64,000 nt of DNA from an uncultured Candidatus Poseidoniales archaeon (GTDB lineage Archaea; Thermoplasmatota; Poseidoniia; Poseidoniales; Thalassarchaeaceae): assembly GCA_902593945.1 (NCBI GenBank), contig CACJKA010000004.1, positions 13,434 through 77,433 of the forward strand, written 5' to 3'. Position 1 is the stretch's first letter, and each line of letters starts with the position of its first letter. A model generated the notes under the pieces. The model was not told the DNA's origin, searched no databases, and worked only from the letters and a program-made list of their open reading frames with translations. Position numbers and translations under genes: made by a program. Positions 54,975 to 64,000 of this stretch are shown piece after piece.

Positions 54975-55037
54975 GTCACAGGAGATAAGTGGGTACATCG
55001 ATATACTATTGACTTAAGAGTATATAAAATATGAAAA

Positions 55038-55838
55038 TTATAAATCGCCAGTTTCAGATATAACTTTCAAAGATTCTTTCAGGGCCAGATCATTATCCCA
55101 TTCTGTGACGTCTGATGAATTTTTTATTACATATTCGAGTAGTAAATCCGCCGCTCTTGCCACTTCATCAACTATTGTTACTGTAGCCATCTTCGCACTT
55201 CTGGAAAGTGGATTTAGGTCTACAACTAATACAACCTTGCCTAGAGAAACCAAAACCTCACACCTATCTCCATCTTCAAGAGGGACCAAAATCACATCCG
55301 CTTTTTCAATTCCTTCAGCTGAACATATTGCCCTAGGTCCCTCTAAACCCTCAATTCTTCCATCTTCTTCCTTTCCAAGAATTTCAACAGACATTACTGC
55401 AGCCTCCCAATCACCCATCCAATCCAAAGGATTTTCTTCTTTTGACACCTCAATTCTCTGTAATTCTAAAAAATCGTAAAGTAATTTCATTCTTTTCTCT
55501 GTTCTATAATAGATATTGATTTCAATAGGACATTGTAATACTGCAGCGACCCGAATTAGAGATTTTCCTGCTAGGACAACCGTATTTCCATTCACAGAAA
55601 TTACAGGATGTTTTGCTGCAATTAATCTAGCAGCTGACTCTTTGATAGACAGTCTTGCTATTTCACTAGTTTTTTCTCCTAACAAGTAATCAAAAGCCTC
55701 TCCTCTGCCATGTGCAATCATTGCAGAGTCTGCAAGTAAACCCTGTTTTGTAGCCTCAACAATTATCTTTCTAGAAATTAATGAGTTTCTTCTTGGATGA
55801 CTTTCGGGGATTTCTACCATCTTATTCAACTCCATCAA
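55038..55838 (-). CDS. archaeal 4-phosphopantoate--beta-alanine ligase (phosphopantothenate synthetase)
   Basis: IPESHPRRNSLISR...MIAHGRGEAFDYLLGEKT...AAKHPVISVNGNTVVLAG...CPIEINIYYRTEKR matches the archaea-specific PPS (COG1701) pattern. Confidence 0.8.
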   Translation of the reverse strand: MMELNKMVEIPESHPRRNSLISRKIIVEATKQGLLADSAMIAHGRGEAFDYLLGEKTSEIARLSIKESAARLIAAKHPVISVNGNTVVLAGKSLIRVAAVLQCPIEINIYYRTEKRMKLLYDFLELQRIEVSKEENPLDWMGDWEAAVMSVEILGKEEDGRIEGLEGPRAICSAEGIEKADVILVPLEDGDRCEVLVSLGKVVLVVDLNPLSRSAKMATVTIVDEVARAADLLLEYVIKNSSDVTEWDNDLALKESLKVISETGDL

Positions 55839-56757
55839 TTATCAGTGAAATATCCAAAGAGCTAACTCCTCTATTCATTGCTGATGTTGAAATCAAATCA
55901 ACACCACTAGATGCCCACTCTGAAATTGAATCTTTAGTAATTCCTCCAGAACCTTCCAATATACACCATTCTCTCAATCCTAGTTTTTCTAGCTCTGTAA
56001 CAACCTCTCCTGCTTTTGAAGGTCCCATATTATCGAGTAATAACACAACAGAATCAGTTTTCGAATTATTCATTTGTTCTTCCGACCATGCCTTAGCAGC
56101 TAATATTGCTTCATCTAAATTCTGGACTTCTATAACAGTAAACTTGGAGTTTTTCTCCATATCTATATTTGAAATTAGTTTTCTCATAGCATCTGTTTGG
56201 CTTTCACCACTTTTTCTTATAGATGCAAAATCATTTTCTTTCAACATTAATGCATCAGATCGATATAATCTGTGTGTCAAACCACCACCCACATGAACTG
56301 CCCACTTATCCAAAATCCCCCATTCAGTTTTTCTTGTACAAGCAAATTGGATATTATCAGAGGTTGAAACCCATTCTGCAGTTTTTGTAGCAATTCCCGA
56401 AAGCCTACCAAGTAAATTTAACATAACTCGTTCTACTTTCAATATTTCAGTGGATTTTCCAACAATGTGTAATAAGTCATCCTTTTCTTCTACTGAATCT
56501 CCTTCATGAATCTTCCAATCATATGAGCAGTTCTTGGCATGTTTGTCTAACAGTCTATTAATTACGAATTGCCCACAAATTATTCCATTTTCCTTTGCTA
56601 TCAATTTGGCCTTAACCAAGTTGTTAACTGATTCTTGTCCACTATTATCATCGGCCAACATTGTTTCAATCCAACGGTCCATTGATTCGGAAAAAATTTT
56701 GGTTGGAAATCCTTCATCAACCAATAGTCGCGACCTATCATGAGGAAGGGTCATCAT
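55822..56757 (-). CDS. nadC: nicotinate-nucleotide (quinolinate) pyrophosphorylase-like protein
   Basis: CTRKTEWGILDKWAVHVGGGLTHRLYRSDALMLKEND (RKT.PG.R...K.AV..GGG..HR..L.D..LIK.NH) and LLLDNM. Confidence 0.75.
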   Translation of the reverse strand: MMTLPHDRSRLLVDEGFPTKIFSESMDRWIETMLADDNSGQESVNNLVKAKLIAKENGIICGQFVINRLLDKHAKNCSYDWKIHEGDSVEEKDDLLHIVGKSTEILKVERVMLNLLGRLSGIATKTAEWVSTSDNIQFACTRKTEWGILDKWAVHVGGGLTHRLYRSDALMLKENDFASIRKSGESQTDAMRKLISNIDMEKNSKFTVIEVQNLDEAILAAKAWSEEQMNNSKTDSVVLLLDNMGPSKAGEVVTELEKLGLREWCILEGSGGITKDSISEWASSGVDLISTSAMNRGVSSLDISLIIDGVE

Positions 56758-57017
56758 AGTATCGCGTACCTAACATCTCACTTCAACCGTCCGAAACACG
56801 GATTTACCCAAGACTTATTGATAATCGAACTAATCATAGATTATTTTGTATAATTAATTTTTTAGTTTAAGTAAGGTTAGTCTGATGTATTGATGATTAA
56901 AATGGATAAGGAATACGAAATAAAAATGGCAGCAAGAATTTTTCTATCAGGCACAAGAAGTCTTAACGAGAGTAAGGACAATAGTATGAAAAATGAATAA
57001 TAACAGTTCCATATTCA

Positions 57018-57266
57018 TCATTCATTGATTGCATTCAAAGTAGATTCTATTGCCCCCAAGCATGCTAATAAATCATCAACAGTAGAGCGTACACTTCCTA
57101 GAGATTCTCCTACAACTTTAATTCTCAGCTGCCATGTCCCCTCTATTTCCTTGATTTCGGCACTGAATGTGTCAGGATCATCAGCAGAAATACCCGCTAA
57201 TAGAGCTTCAATATGGCTGCGTGAACCATTCAATACTAGAGTCGTAGCAACACTTTCCATGGACAT
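57018..57266 (-). CDS. pcc1: Pcc1-like KEOPS subunit (tentative)
   Basis: 82 aa. WQLRIKVVGESLGSVRSTVDDLLACLGAIESTL resembles the Pcc1 pattern L.I...A.d...LR.t.ns.L..l. Confidence 0.45.
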   Translation of the reverse strand: MSMESVATTLVLNGSRSHIEALLAGISADDPDTFSAEIKEIEGTWQLRIKVVGESLGSVRSTVDDLLACLGAIESTLNAINE

Positions 57267-57310
57267 CGGAGGACCCTAACGCATATCTTTCCTCTTGTTA
57301 CCCGTTCTTT

Positions 57311-58675
57311 GTGAGTGGCGACCCTGTGCCTGATGTTCCTTTGTTAGCGGGTATGGGTGGAGTTAATTCATCGGAAACCCAAAGTATTCATTTTGGACGT
57401 AAAGCGATAATTCTTTCTCGAGAAAATAATACGAAAGAAATGACATCTTTAGCCCAAACAATGGGTATAGAAATTGTAGATACCGTTTTTCAAAAAGGAA
57501 AACCTAACTCTAACACATATTTAGGAACTGGTAAATTACAAGAGATTTCAGAAGAGTTATCGATGGCAGGGAAAGGGCATGCTTGGGAGAAAGTTGACCT
57601 TATTTTGATACATAGTAATCTTAAACCTAGTCAGTTAGTTAACATTAATGATTTAACTTCAATTGAAACTTGGGATAGAGTGAGATTATTGTTGGAATTA
57701 TTCACAATACACGCTTCCTCGGTTGAGGCTAGAGTCCAGGTTCGCATTGCCCGATTATTAGCAGATCGTTCAATCCTAAGAGAACTCATTCATCGTGAAC
57801 ATACTGGAGAACGACTTGGTTTTGGGGCAGGGGGACAGACTGGTTGGAGTAATATTATGACTGCTGTGGGCCATGAAATAGCCAAACTTAGACGCAAACT
57901 GAAGAAAATGGATTCATCACTTTCAGAAAGAAGAAGACAGAGATCAAAATCGGGGGCCCTGACTGTAGGATTGGCAGGTTATACTAATGTGGGCAAATCA
58001 AGTTTATTTTCTGCTCTCTCGGGAAAACCAGTACTAATCAAAAACCAATTATTTTCAACTCTTGAAACTACAGTAGGAAGAATGGCTGATCAGCCTAGAA
58101 TATTGATGGTAGATACAATTGGATTTATTGATAATATTCCGGCAGAACTCTTAGATTCTTTTTCCGCCACATTACAAGAATCATTATCTTGTGATATGTT
58201 ATTGCTACTAGTCGATGCCTCAGATGAATCAGAGGAGATCCGTCGAAAACTCGCAACATCACGTAGGGAATTATTCGGAAGAATTGACGATGGAGACAGT
58301 CACAATACAATAGTGGTTCTCACAAAAATAGATCTTTGCACAGATGAAAAAATTCTCGAAGCAAAGGAGATAATACATTATTACAGTACTTTTGAATCTA
58401 TAGCAGTTAGTGCAATAAGTGGGCAAGGAATAGATGACCTTAGGTCAGGAATAATGACAATGTTACACGGTCCTCCAGTTAAAATTAGTGTGAATCCTCC
58501 ACAGAAAGAAGGAGATTTAGAATTAGTTGAGTTAATTGCCAGGATATATCGAGAAGCTTTAGTTATTAGTGTAGAAGTTAATTCAGAAAACACCCAAATA
58601 TCAGGTTGGATGGGTAAAGCAAATATGGCGAGAATAACAAAAGAACATCCGGTACAAATTCGAATAGCTAATTAG
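57311..58675 (+). CDS. hflX: GTPase HflX
   Basis: HflX N-domain followed by G1 VGLAGYTNVGKSSLF, G3 VDTIGFI and G4 VLTKIDL. GTG start. Confidence 0.85.
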   Translation: MSGDPVPDVPLLAGMGGVNSSETQSIHFGRKAIILSRENNTKEMTSLAQTMGIEIVDTVFQKGKPNSNTYLGTGKLQEISEELSMAGKGHAWEKVDLILIHSNLKPSQLVNINDLTSIETWDRVRLLLELFTIHASSVEARVQVRIARLLADRSILRELIHREHTGERLGFGAGGQTGWSNIMTAVGHEIAKLRRKLKKMDSSLSERRRQRSKSGALTVGLAGYTNVGKSSLFSALSGKPVLIKNQLFSTLETTVGRMADQPRILMVDTIGFIDNIPAELLDSFSATLQESLSCDMLLLLVDASDESEEIRRKLATSRRELFGRIDDGDSHNTIVVLTKIDLCTDEKILEAKEIIHYYSTFESIAVSAISGQGIDDLRSGIMTMLHGPPVKISVNPPQKEGDLELVELIARIYREALVISVEVNSENTQISGWMGKANMARITKEHPVQIRIAN

Positions 58676-59445
58676 ATATTAGAGAGAACTTGCATTCTAT
58701 TGTACCATGGCCAGATAATATTATGATTTTCAACGATGTCAAAACCATTCAAACCCTGCATTGATCTTAGAATTCCATAGTTAGCAAAATCAGCACCATT
58801 AGGGCCCTCGCCTCCGAAGAATTCTCCCTCTATGCCTGAAGACATAGAATCCAATTGAGTTTGTAAGTTTGTCCGTGGTGGTTCATCAAACATTTTTGCT
58901 CGACTTCTACCAATCATTCTCATAACAATAGCGCCTAACCATTTGCTCACAACCCGGTCCTTTAAACTGAATTTATCTACCTTAGTTACATAGTCCAATG
59001 CCTGTAATGATGTGCGATAATTTTTGTAAATCACGGCAACAATACTTTTGCCTAAAATATCATTTGAAAAGTTCATCCATTTATCTTGCTCAATATCTTC
59101 TCCTTCTCTAGGAAATTTGTTTCCATGTTTTTCATCAATGTAGTGTAAGATATCATTAGAATCGTTTACGTGTGTCCCATCGCTATCTACAAAAACTGGT
59201 ACCTTTTTCCAATCTGACCATTTTAATTCAGTCTTTTTCATAGGGTCAACTTCGACATTTGAGAAATCAACATTTCTTGATTTCAATAAAGACTTTACTT
59301 TCAATGAAAACGGACATGTTGCATAAGTGTAAATCGTCGGTTTCCCATCCATTGATTTTTCAGGAACTTTGTTTGGCTGCACTCCTCCAAAAGGCTCGTT
59401 TTCCACTTCTTTCTTCTTGGCCATGATTTTGCGAAGGCAAACCAT
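58672..59445 (-). CDS. glutaredoxin/GST-fold protein (PGES2-like)
   Basis: N-terminal thioredoxin-fold PTIYTYATCPFSLKVKSLL...KKVPVFVD and a helical GST-C-like C-terminus. Confidence 0.6.
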   Translation of the reverse strand: MVCLRKIMAKKKEVENEPFGGVQPNKVPEKSMDGKPTIYTYATCPFSLKVKSLLKSRNVDFSNVEVDPMKKTELKWSDWKKVPVFVDSDGTHVNDSNDILHYIDEKHGNKFPREGEDIEQDKWMNFSNDILGKSIVAVIYKNYRTSLQALDYVTKVDKFSLKDRVVSKWLGAIVMRMIGRSRAKMFDEPPRTNLQTQLDSMSSGIEGEFFGGEGPNGADFANYGILRSMQGLNGFDIVENHNIIWPWYNRMQVLSNI

Positions 59446-59570
59446 ATGTCAATGTTCTGTATTAGATGTTTACCGAAAAAGTAAATCTAGATATTACAAT
59501 TATCTTTAACTGCTATTTCAGACGGCACTTTATGAAATCCTATGAAGGAGAAACGTTCGCCTCTTCTATT

Positions 59571-60812
59571 ATGGCTACGTTGTTCACTTCTGAATCGGTA
59601 TCGGCAGGCCATCCAGACAAAGTTTGTGATGCTATTTCGGATGCTATAGTTGATGCTTGCCTTTCTATTGATCCAATGTCTAGAGTGGCTGTTGAAACTA
59701 TGGTAAAAGGCAAGTCAGATAAGGCAATAATAATTTTAGCAGGAGAAGTTAGTCTATCAGGAAAACCTCCAAACTATGAGAAAATTGCTAGAGATACTGC
59801 TGCAAAAATCGGTTACACTTCTCATGAAATAGGAATGGATGCAACTAGTCAAGAATTATGCGATGTTCAAGTACATATTACTACTCAATCACCAAATATT
59901 TCTCAAGGAGTTGACGGAGATTCTGATGATGATGTAGGTGCTGGTGACCAAGGCATGATGTTCGGATATGCATGTAATGAAACAGAATTTGAAGATGAAT
60001 TAAGTGGCAGATATTTCCCTCTTCCAGCAGCATTGGCACAGAGAATATGTCGTAGATTAGACATGATTGTTCAAAACAACGAAATTCCATGGATTAGGCC
60101 CGATGGAAAAAGCCAAGTTACCGTAGAATATGACGATTCAGGTAACCCTAGCCATGTTCATACAGTTGTAGTTGCTGCACAACATGATTCTAAACTTAAG
60201 GATAGATTCGACGGAAGTGAAGAATCGGAACACCGTTTTGTTACAGATGAAATTCGTAAACATGTTGTTGAGCACGCTATCCCTTCTCATTGGTTAAGAA
60301 ATGGGTACCGACTTGTAGTTAATGGAACAGGGCGATTTGCAGATCCAGGGGGGCCATATTCAGATGCAGGAATAACGGGCCGAAAAATCATCGTTGATAC
60401 TTACGGTGGAATGGGGCGCCATGGAGGAGGGGCATTTAGCGGCAAAGATCCAACGAAAGTCGATCGTTCAGCTGCTTACTATTCTCGATGGGCGGCCAAA
60501 CATATAGTTGCCTCAGGTTTAGCAACAAGATGTGAAATCCAAGTCGCATACGTAATCGGAGTTTCACAACCCGTGAGTTTGCACGTGAATAGCTTTGGTA
60601 CCGGTTCGGTAAGTGATAAAGAATTAGAACAAAAAATTAACACTGTATTCGATTTTAGACCTTCAGCTATTGTACGTGATTTAAAATTAAATGAGCCGCG
60701 CTATAGCATAACTTCCTCAGGCGGACATTTTGGACGACCCTACGATTCAGAAGGCCATTTTGAATGGGAAAGGCTAGATGAGAACAGAATTAATGCTCTG
60801 AAATCCAATTAG
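59571..60812 (+). CDS. metK: S-adenosylmethionine synthetase, bacterial/eukaryal (MetK) type
   Basis: LFTSESVSAGHPDKVCDAISDAIVDA, GAGDQGMMFGYA, GRFADPGGPYSDAGITGRKIIVDTYGG and GGGAFSGKDPTKVDRSAAY. The start is trimmed to the ATG at 59571. Confidence 0.9.
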   Translation: MATLFTSESVSAGHPDKVCDAISDAIVDACLSIDPMSRVAVETMVKGKSDKAIIILAGEVSLSGKPPNYEKIARDTAAKIGYTSHEIGMDATSQELCDVQVHITTQSPNISQGVDGDSDDDVGAGDQGMMFGYACNETEFEDELSGRYFPLPAALAQRICRRLDMIVQNNEIPWIRPDGKSQVTVEYDDSGNPSHVHTVVVAAQHDSKLKDRFDGSEESEHRFVTDEIRKHVVEHAIPSHWLRNGYRLVVNGTGRFADPGGPYSDAGITGRKIIVDTYGGMGRHGGGAFSGKDPTKVDRSAAYYSRWAAKHIVASGLATRCEIQVAYVIGVSQPVSLHVNSFGTGSVSDKELEQKINTVFDFRPSAIVRDLKLNEPRYSITSSGGHFGRPYDSEGHFEWERLDENRINALKSN

Positions 60813-60875
60813 TTCCTTTACAAATTACATATTTACAACCGATGGGCACTTGAATAGGTTGTATGCCGGAGTGTC

Positions 60876-62531
60876 ATGGTTCGAGAGCTGGTAAGGCTAG
60901 AAGAGATACACCGAACCTTTGGCCCGTTGACAATTTTAGAAGGAGTCAATCTCCGAATTGACGAAGGCGATAGGATAGGAGTTGTTGGCCATAATGGCGC
61001 AGGAAAGACCACACTATTGAGGACTATTTCTAATCAGGATCAGGATATGGGGGACATCACTTTTGCTCCAGGATTACGCTTAGCGTTTCTAACTCAAATT
61101 AGAGATTTGGATGAAGATGCGACTTTAGGTGCTGAACTAAATCGACGAGGACGTCAGTTTCAAGAACTTGTAGATGAGATCACAGATATAGAAGCGCAAA
61201 TGGCGCTCCCATCTTTTTACGAAGGTGATTGGCAACCGACTATGGAAAGATATCAAGAGTTACAAGCATTGATGGCACGTTCAGGTGGAGGAGATGTTGC
61301 AGGGCATGCTCAAGAGATTTTGAAAGCTTTAGATTTGGCTCATCACCCTATGGAAACGAAACTTTCTTCTCTTTCTGGTGGTGAAAAAGCCAAAGTCGCA
61401 CTTGCTAGACAATTGGTTGGTTTGAAAGAGATAGATTTGTTATTTTTAGACGAACCAACAAATCATCTAGATTTACAAACACTTGACTGGCTAGAAAATT
61501 TTCTCCTAAGTTTCCAAGGGGCTTTATTGGTGGTAAGTCACGATAGATATTTCCTTGATAGAGTATGTAACAATATCGTTGAGATTCAGGATGCACACTC
61601 AAAAGGCTATCCTGGGAATTATACATCTTATCTTAAACAGAAGGAATTGTTCCTTCAAACTTTAGAAGATAGAATTGACAAGACACAGAAAGAATTGAAG
61701 AGATTAAAGGGTGCTATGAGGTCAATGAAAAGCAATAACAAATATGACAAATCAATTTCACAGAAACATTTCATGATAATGCGTTCTGAGCGTGAATTAA
61801 AATGGTTGAAATCGATAAAACCAAGACAGAGAAGAATGCTTAATTTCTCTTTGCAGGCAACAGAAAAATCTAGTCTTGAAGTACTAGATTTTCACAAAGC
61901 TCATTTGAGTTTTGAGGGTATGAAAAGACCAATTCTTCACGGACTTGACGTTGGAGTTAGGCGCGGACAAAAGATAGGTATCGTAGGGCCAAATGGTGCA
62001 GGAAAAACTAGTATTTTAAGGACAATTATTGGCGAGTTAAAATTAGATTCAGGGCAAATAGATGTCCGACCAGGGGTGCAAATAGGGTATTTCCATCAAG
62101 ATCATCGTTCTCTTGATTTTGAGAAAACACCTATAGAACAGATTCAGCAATTAAAACCTCGAATGGAATATAAGAATATCAGGGCTATGCTTGGACAATT
62201 CCAATTTACTAGTGATATGGTAAATACAAAACTGAAAAAATTAAGTGGGGGTGAAAGAGCAAGGATTGCTATGCTCAAACTTCTCCTCGAAGAAAATAAT
62301 ATGCTACTATTGGATGAACCCACAAACCATCTTGATACCGACGCCAAAGAAGCTTTGGAATATGCTCTAGAAGAATATGATGGAGGAATAATTACTGTCA
62401 GTCACGATAGATGGTTTTTAGATAAGATATGTGATACTATTTGGGAACTTCCTGGAGATGGTAGCCTCTGGGTATGGCCAGGTAATTATTCTGAATATAT
62501 CAAACGCAAAGAAAGTATGAAAAACAGATAA
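60876..62531 (+). CDS. ABC-F family ATPase (two ABC cassettes, no TM domain)
   Basis: Cassette 1: GHNGAGKTTLL, LSGGEKAKVALA, LLFLDEPTNHLD. An interdomain basic linker follows. Cassette 2: GPNGAGKTSIL, LSGGERARIAML, LLLLDEPTNHLD. Confidence 0.9.
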   Translation: MVRELVRLEEIHRTFGPLTILEGVNLRIDEGDRIGVVGHNGAGKTTLLRTISNQDQDMGDITFAPGLRLAFLTQIRDLDEDATLGAELNRRGRQFQELVDEITDIEAQMALPSFYEGDWQPTMERYQELQALMARSGGGDVAGHAQEILKALDLAHHPMETKLSSLSGGEKAKVALARQLVGLKEIDLLFLDEPTNHLDLQTLDWLENFLLSFQGALLVVSHDRYFLDRVCNNIVEIQDAHSKGYPGNYTSYLKQKELFLQTLEDRIDKTQKELKRLKGAMRSMKSNNKYDKSISQKHFMIMRSERELKWLKSIKPRQRRMLNFSLQATEKSSLEVLDFHKAHLSFEGMKRPILHGLDVGVRRGQKIGIVGPNGAGKTSILRTIIGELKLDSGQIDVRPGVQIGYFHQDHRSLDFEKTPIEQIQQLKPRMEYKNIRAMLGQFQFTSDMVNTKLKKLSGGERARIAMLKLLLEENNMLLLDEPTNHLDTDAKEALEYALEEYDGGIITVSHDRWFLDKICDTIWELPGDGSLWVWPGNYSEYIKRKESMKNR

Positions 62532-62539
62532 AAATCAAG

Positions 62540-62555
62540 TTTTTTTTGGATTTTT
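62540..62555 (+). terminator. oligo-T tracts (T8, T5) after the ABC-F stop
   Basis: agttttttttggattttt begins 9 nt after the stop codon. Confidence 0.45.
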
Positions 62556-62604
62556 GGACCTGTCCGGTTATCTTACTATGTGTGCAGACCTTTCTCGGAG
62601 AAAT

Positions 62605-64000
62605 ATGTCTCATAGTCCCGTAGTAATGAAATATGATAATTTATCTTCAGTCAGTAATACAGAAAATAGGTACAAATCTAGATTATCTATTGCTCTAACA
62701 TTGATAATGTTTCTATCGGTAATGGCGCCGAGTCTTTCTCCATCAATTGATAATTTAGATAAAGAGCAAGATATACAATATACTGCAAATGGGACACTCG
62801 ATGACACATCTACATCTACCTTACTTTCCAATCTTAATGCGTCCAATCCAATCGAAGTAATTGGCGTAATGGACGATTCTCAGAGAGTACATCTTGTATG
62901 GATAGAAAATGGGACCAATCCTCAGTTATACTTTGCTTTAATCTCGACAAGTGGAATTGATACAGTACTCATAGATGCTACTGCAGTAGGTAATAATTCT
63001 ACAACAGCATTATCAAGCCCTTCTTTAGTAATCGACTCTAATTATAGAACACATATTGTTTGGGCTATTACAGATCTTGAGATTCTTTACACGATAATCG
63101 ACTCTTCATTAGACGATCAAGATGGAGATGCTGGAGACATTGCCTCAATGACACTTGTTTCTGATTATACGGTTGCCGTTGGAACTGGAGTAAGAAATGA
63201 CCCTGACATAGCTATCGATTCATTTGATGCAACCCATATAGTTTGGGTAGATACTTATGACCCTCAAAGTACATTCTTTGGCGCATCACTGATTTATTAT
63301 GCAATGTTTGCATTCAATACATCTGGTTCAAATTCAATTTCTACAATGATTAGCAACACAATCATAACTCCAGCGATTGGATACAAAGGTAGCCCTGCAA
63401 TTTCTATGGGAGTTAACAATACAGTAATTGTAGTATGGGAAGATACACGTGGCAGTTTAATAGAATATGTCGGTTTGATTGATTCTTCAGGCTCTATGAC
63501 TACAGAGTGGCTAGATATGTGCGCGGTATTTTATGGAGGCAATCTGAGTAGTGGAGAGTATTTCCAAGGGGTCAAACCTATGCTAGAATCGGCAAGCATT
63601 ACTGTTCTTGAGACACTTTATGCTCTAAGTGGCCAGATGAGTTTTGCAAGTGGGCAAAAAAATTGTGAGGATGCATACGAAATAGGCGGTTATGGGGATG
63701 GCCCAAGAGATTTGTCTCTAGGCCAAAATTCTACTGATACATCAGGTGGGATAAGGGCATTATCTGATGTAATGTATAACGGTTCAAGTTACAATATTCC
63801 GTCCGATTGGGGTTACAATAGTGAGATGTGGGGCCCTGGGTCTACATGGGCATGCCTTTCTTGGAGAGATAATGCAGGAAATATACCTGGCAATCCTGCA
63901 ACGCCGAATGACCATCAATGGAACCCTAATGCTACTAGATTGATAATTCCTGTATCAGATGAAGGACCATTTGGTGGAGACCCATCACAGGAATCTGATG
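62605..64000 (+). CDS. large secreted protein with repeated beta-strand units and a VWA-like MIDAS motif, partial (continues past the window end)
   Basis: Hand translation from the ATG at 62605 is open to 64000. N-terminal TM/signal LSIALTLIMFLSVMAP. Recurring H(L/I)VW(I/A/V) units. VGLIDSSGSMTTEW matches the DxSxS motif of VWA domains. It is absent from the ORF track because it has no stop. Confidence 0.55.
   Translation, partial: MSHSPVVMKYDNLSSVSNTENRYKSRLSIALTLIMFLSVMAPSLSPSIDNLDKEQDIQYTANGTLDDTSTSTLLSNLNASNPIEVIGVMDDSQRVHLVWIENGTNPQLYFALISTSGIDTVLIDATAVGNNSTTALSSPSLVIDSNYRTHIVWAITDLEILYTIIDSSLDDQDGDAGDIASMTLVSDYTVAVGTGVRNDPDIAIDSFDATHIVWVDTYDPQSTFFGASLIYYAMFAFNTSGSNSISTMISNTIITPAIGYKGSPAISMGVNNTVIVVWEDTRGSLIEYVGLIDSSGSMTTEWLDMCAVFYGGNLSSGEYFQGVKPMLESASITVLETLYALSGQMSFASGQKNCEDAYEIGGYGDGPRDLSLGQNSTDTSGGIRALSDVMYNGSSYNIPSDWGYNSEMWGPGSTWACLSWRDNAGNIPGNPATPNDHQWNPNATRLIIPVSDEGPFGGDPSQESD

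Larger units (their letters stand above)
40021..55037. other. accessory gene block (candidate defence-type island) between housekeeping genes
   Basis: Every gene in this block is an orphan or belongs to a conflict-system family (E1/E2/JAB, AAA+, DUF2130, DUF4145, HEPN). A promoter motif unique to the block occurs four times. Flanking genes on both sides are core metabolism. No integrase, transposase or flanking direct repeat was found by eye. Confidence 0.5.

Noticed and set aside
54925-55017. 30-codon plus-strand ORF (MTKETNNTNIPTNSLPPSQEISGYIDILLT) inside the border hairpin
   Set aside because: It spans the loop and right arm of the inverted repeat and has no supporting signal. An RNA or structural explanation is more economical.
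56758-57017. 35-codon ORF (MIKMDKEYEIKMAARIFLSG...) in the AT-rich spacer between nadC and the Pcc1-like gene
   Set aside because: It has no SD or promoter motif at a sensible distance and an AT-driven composition. It is probably a divergent promoter region for the two flanking genes.

Overview
AT-rich archaeal chromosomal segment. Archaeal markers: a thermosome subunit, archaeal-type DnaG, a TFB-like factor, deoxyhypusine synthase, archaeal phosphopantothenate synthetase, a Pcc1-like protein and a PGF-CTERM surface protein. A marine Thermoplasmatota/MGII-like lineage is only a guess. About three quarters of the window is ordinary housekeeping and envelope content: purH, purN, eno, gcvH, rnhA, metK, hflX, nadC, an aminotransferase, an IPMDH-family enzyme, two tRNAs (Leu-GAG, Cys-GCA), a glycosyltransferase/sulfotransferase cluster and several acidic secreted or anchored proteins. 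The unusual part is an accessory block at about 40.0-55.0 kb, inserted between a metallophosphoesterase gene and the PPS/nadC genes. It contains a 1241-aa orphan protein on the minus strand. Opposite it are four plus-strand transcription units, each preceded by the same promoter-like motif (TTTATATA exactly 21 nt before the ATG, implying leaderless mRNAs). These units encode two small E2-like paralogs, a JAB/MPN+ protease, a ThiF/E1-like enzyme, a DUF4262-like protein, a single-module ClpB-D2-type AAA+ ATPase, a tandem pseudo-E2/E2 protein, a TFB paralog, a DUF2130-type zinc-ribbon/coiled-coil/nuclease-like protein, a membrane protein with a DUF4145-like C-terminus and an Apea-type HEPN-like protein. 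I read this as a candidate ubiquitin-like conjugation (E1/E2/DUB) plus unfoldase plus HEPN defence-type island, with no recognisable ubiquitin-like substrate and no integrase. A second oddity is an Eco57I/Alw26I-family methyltransferase homolog with degenerate SAM-binding and catalytic motifs at 35.2-37.2 kb. All functional calls come from motif recognition by eye. No database search or structure prediction was run.
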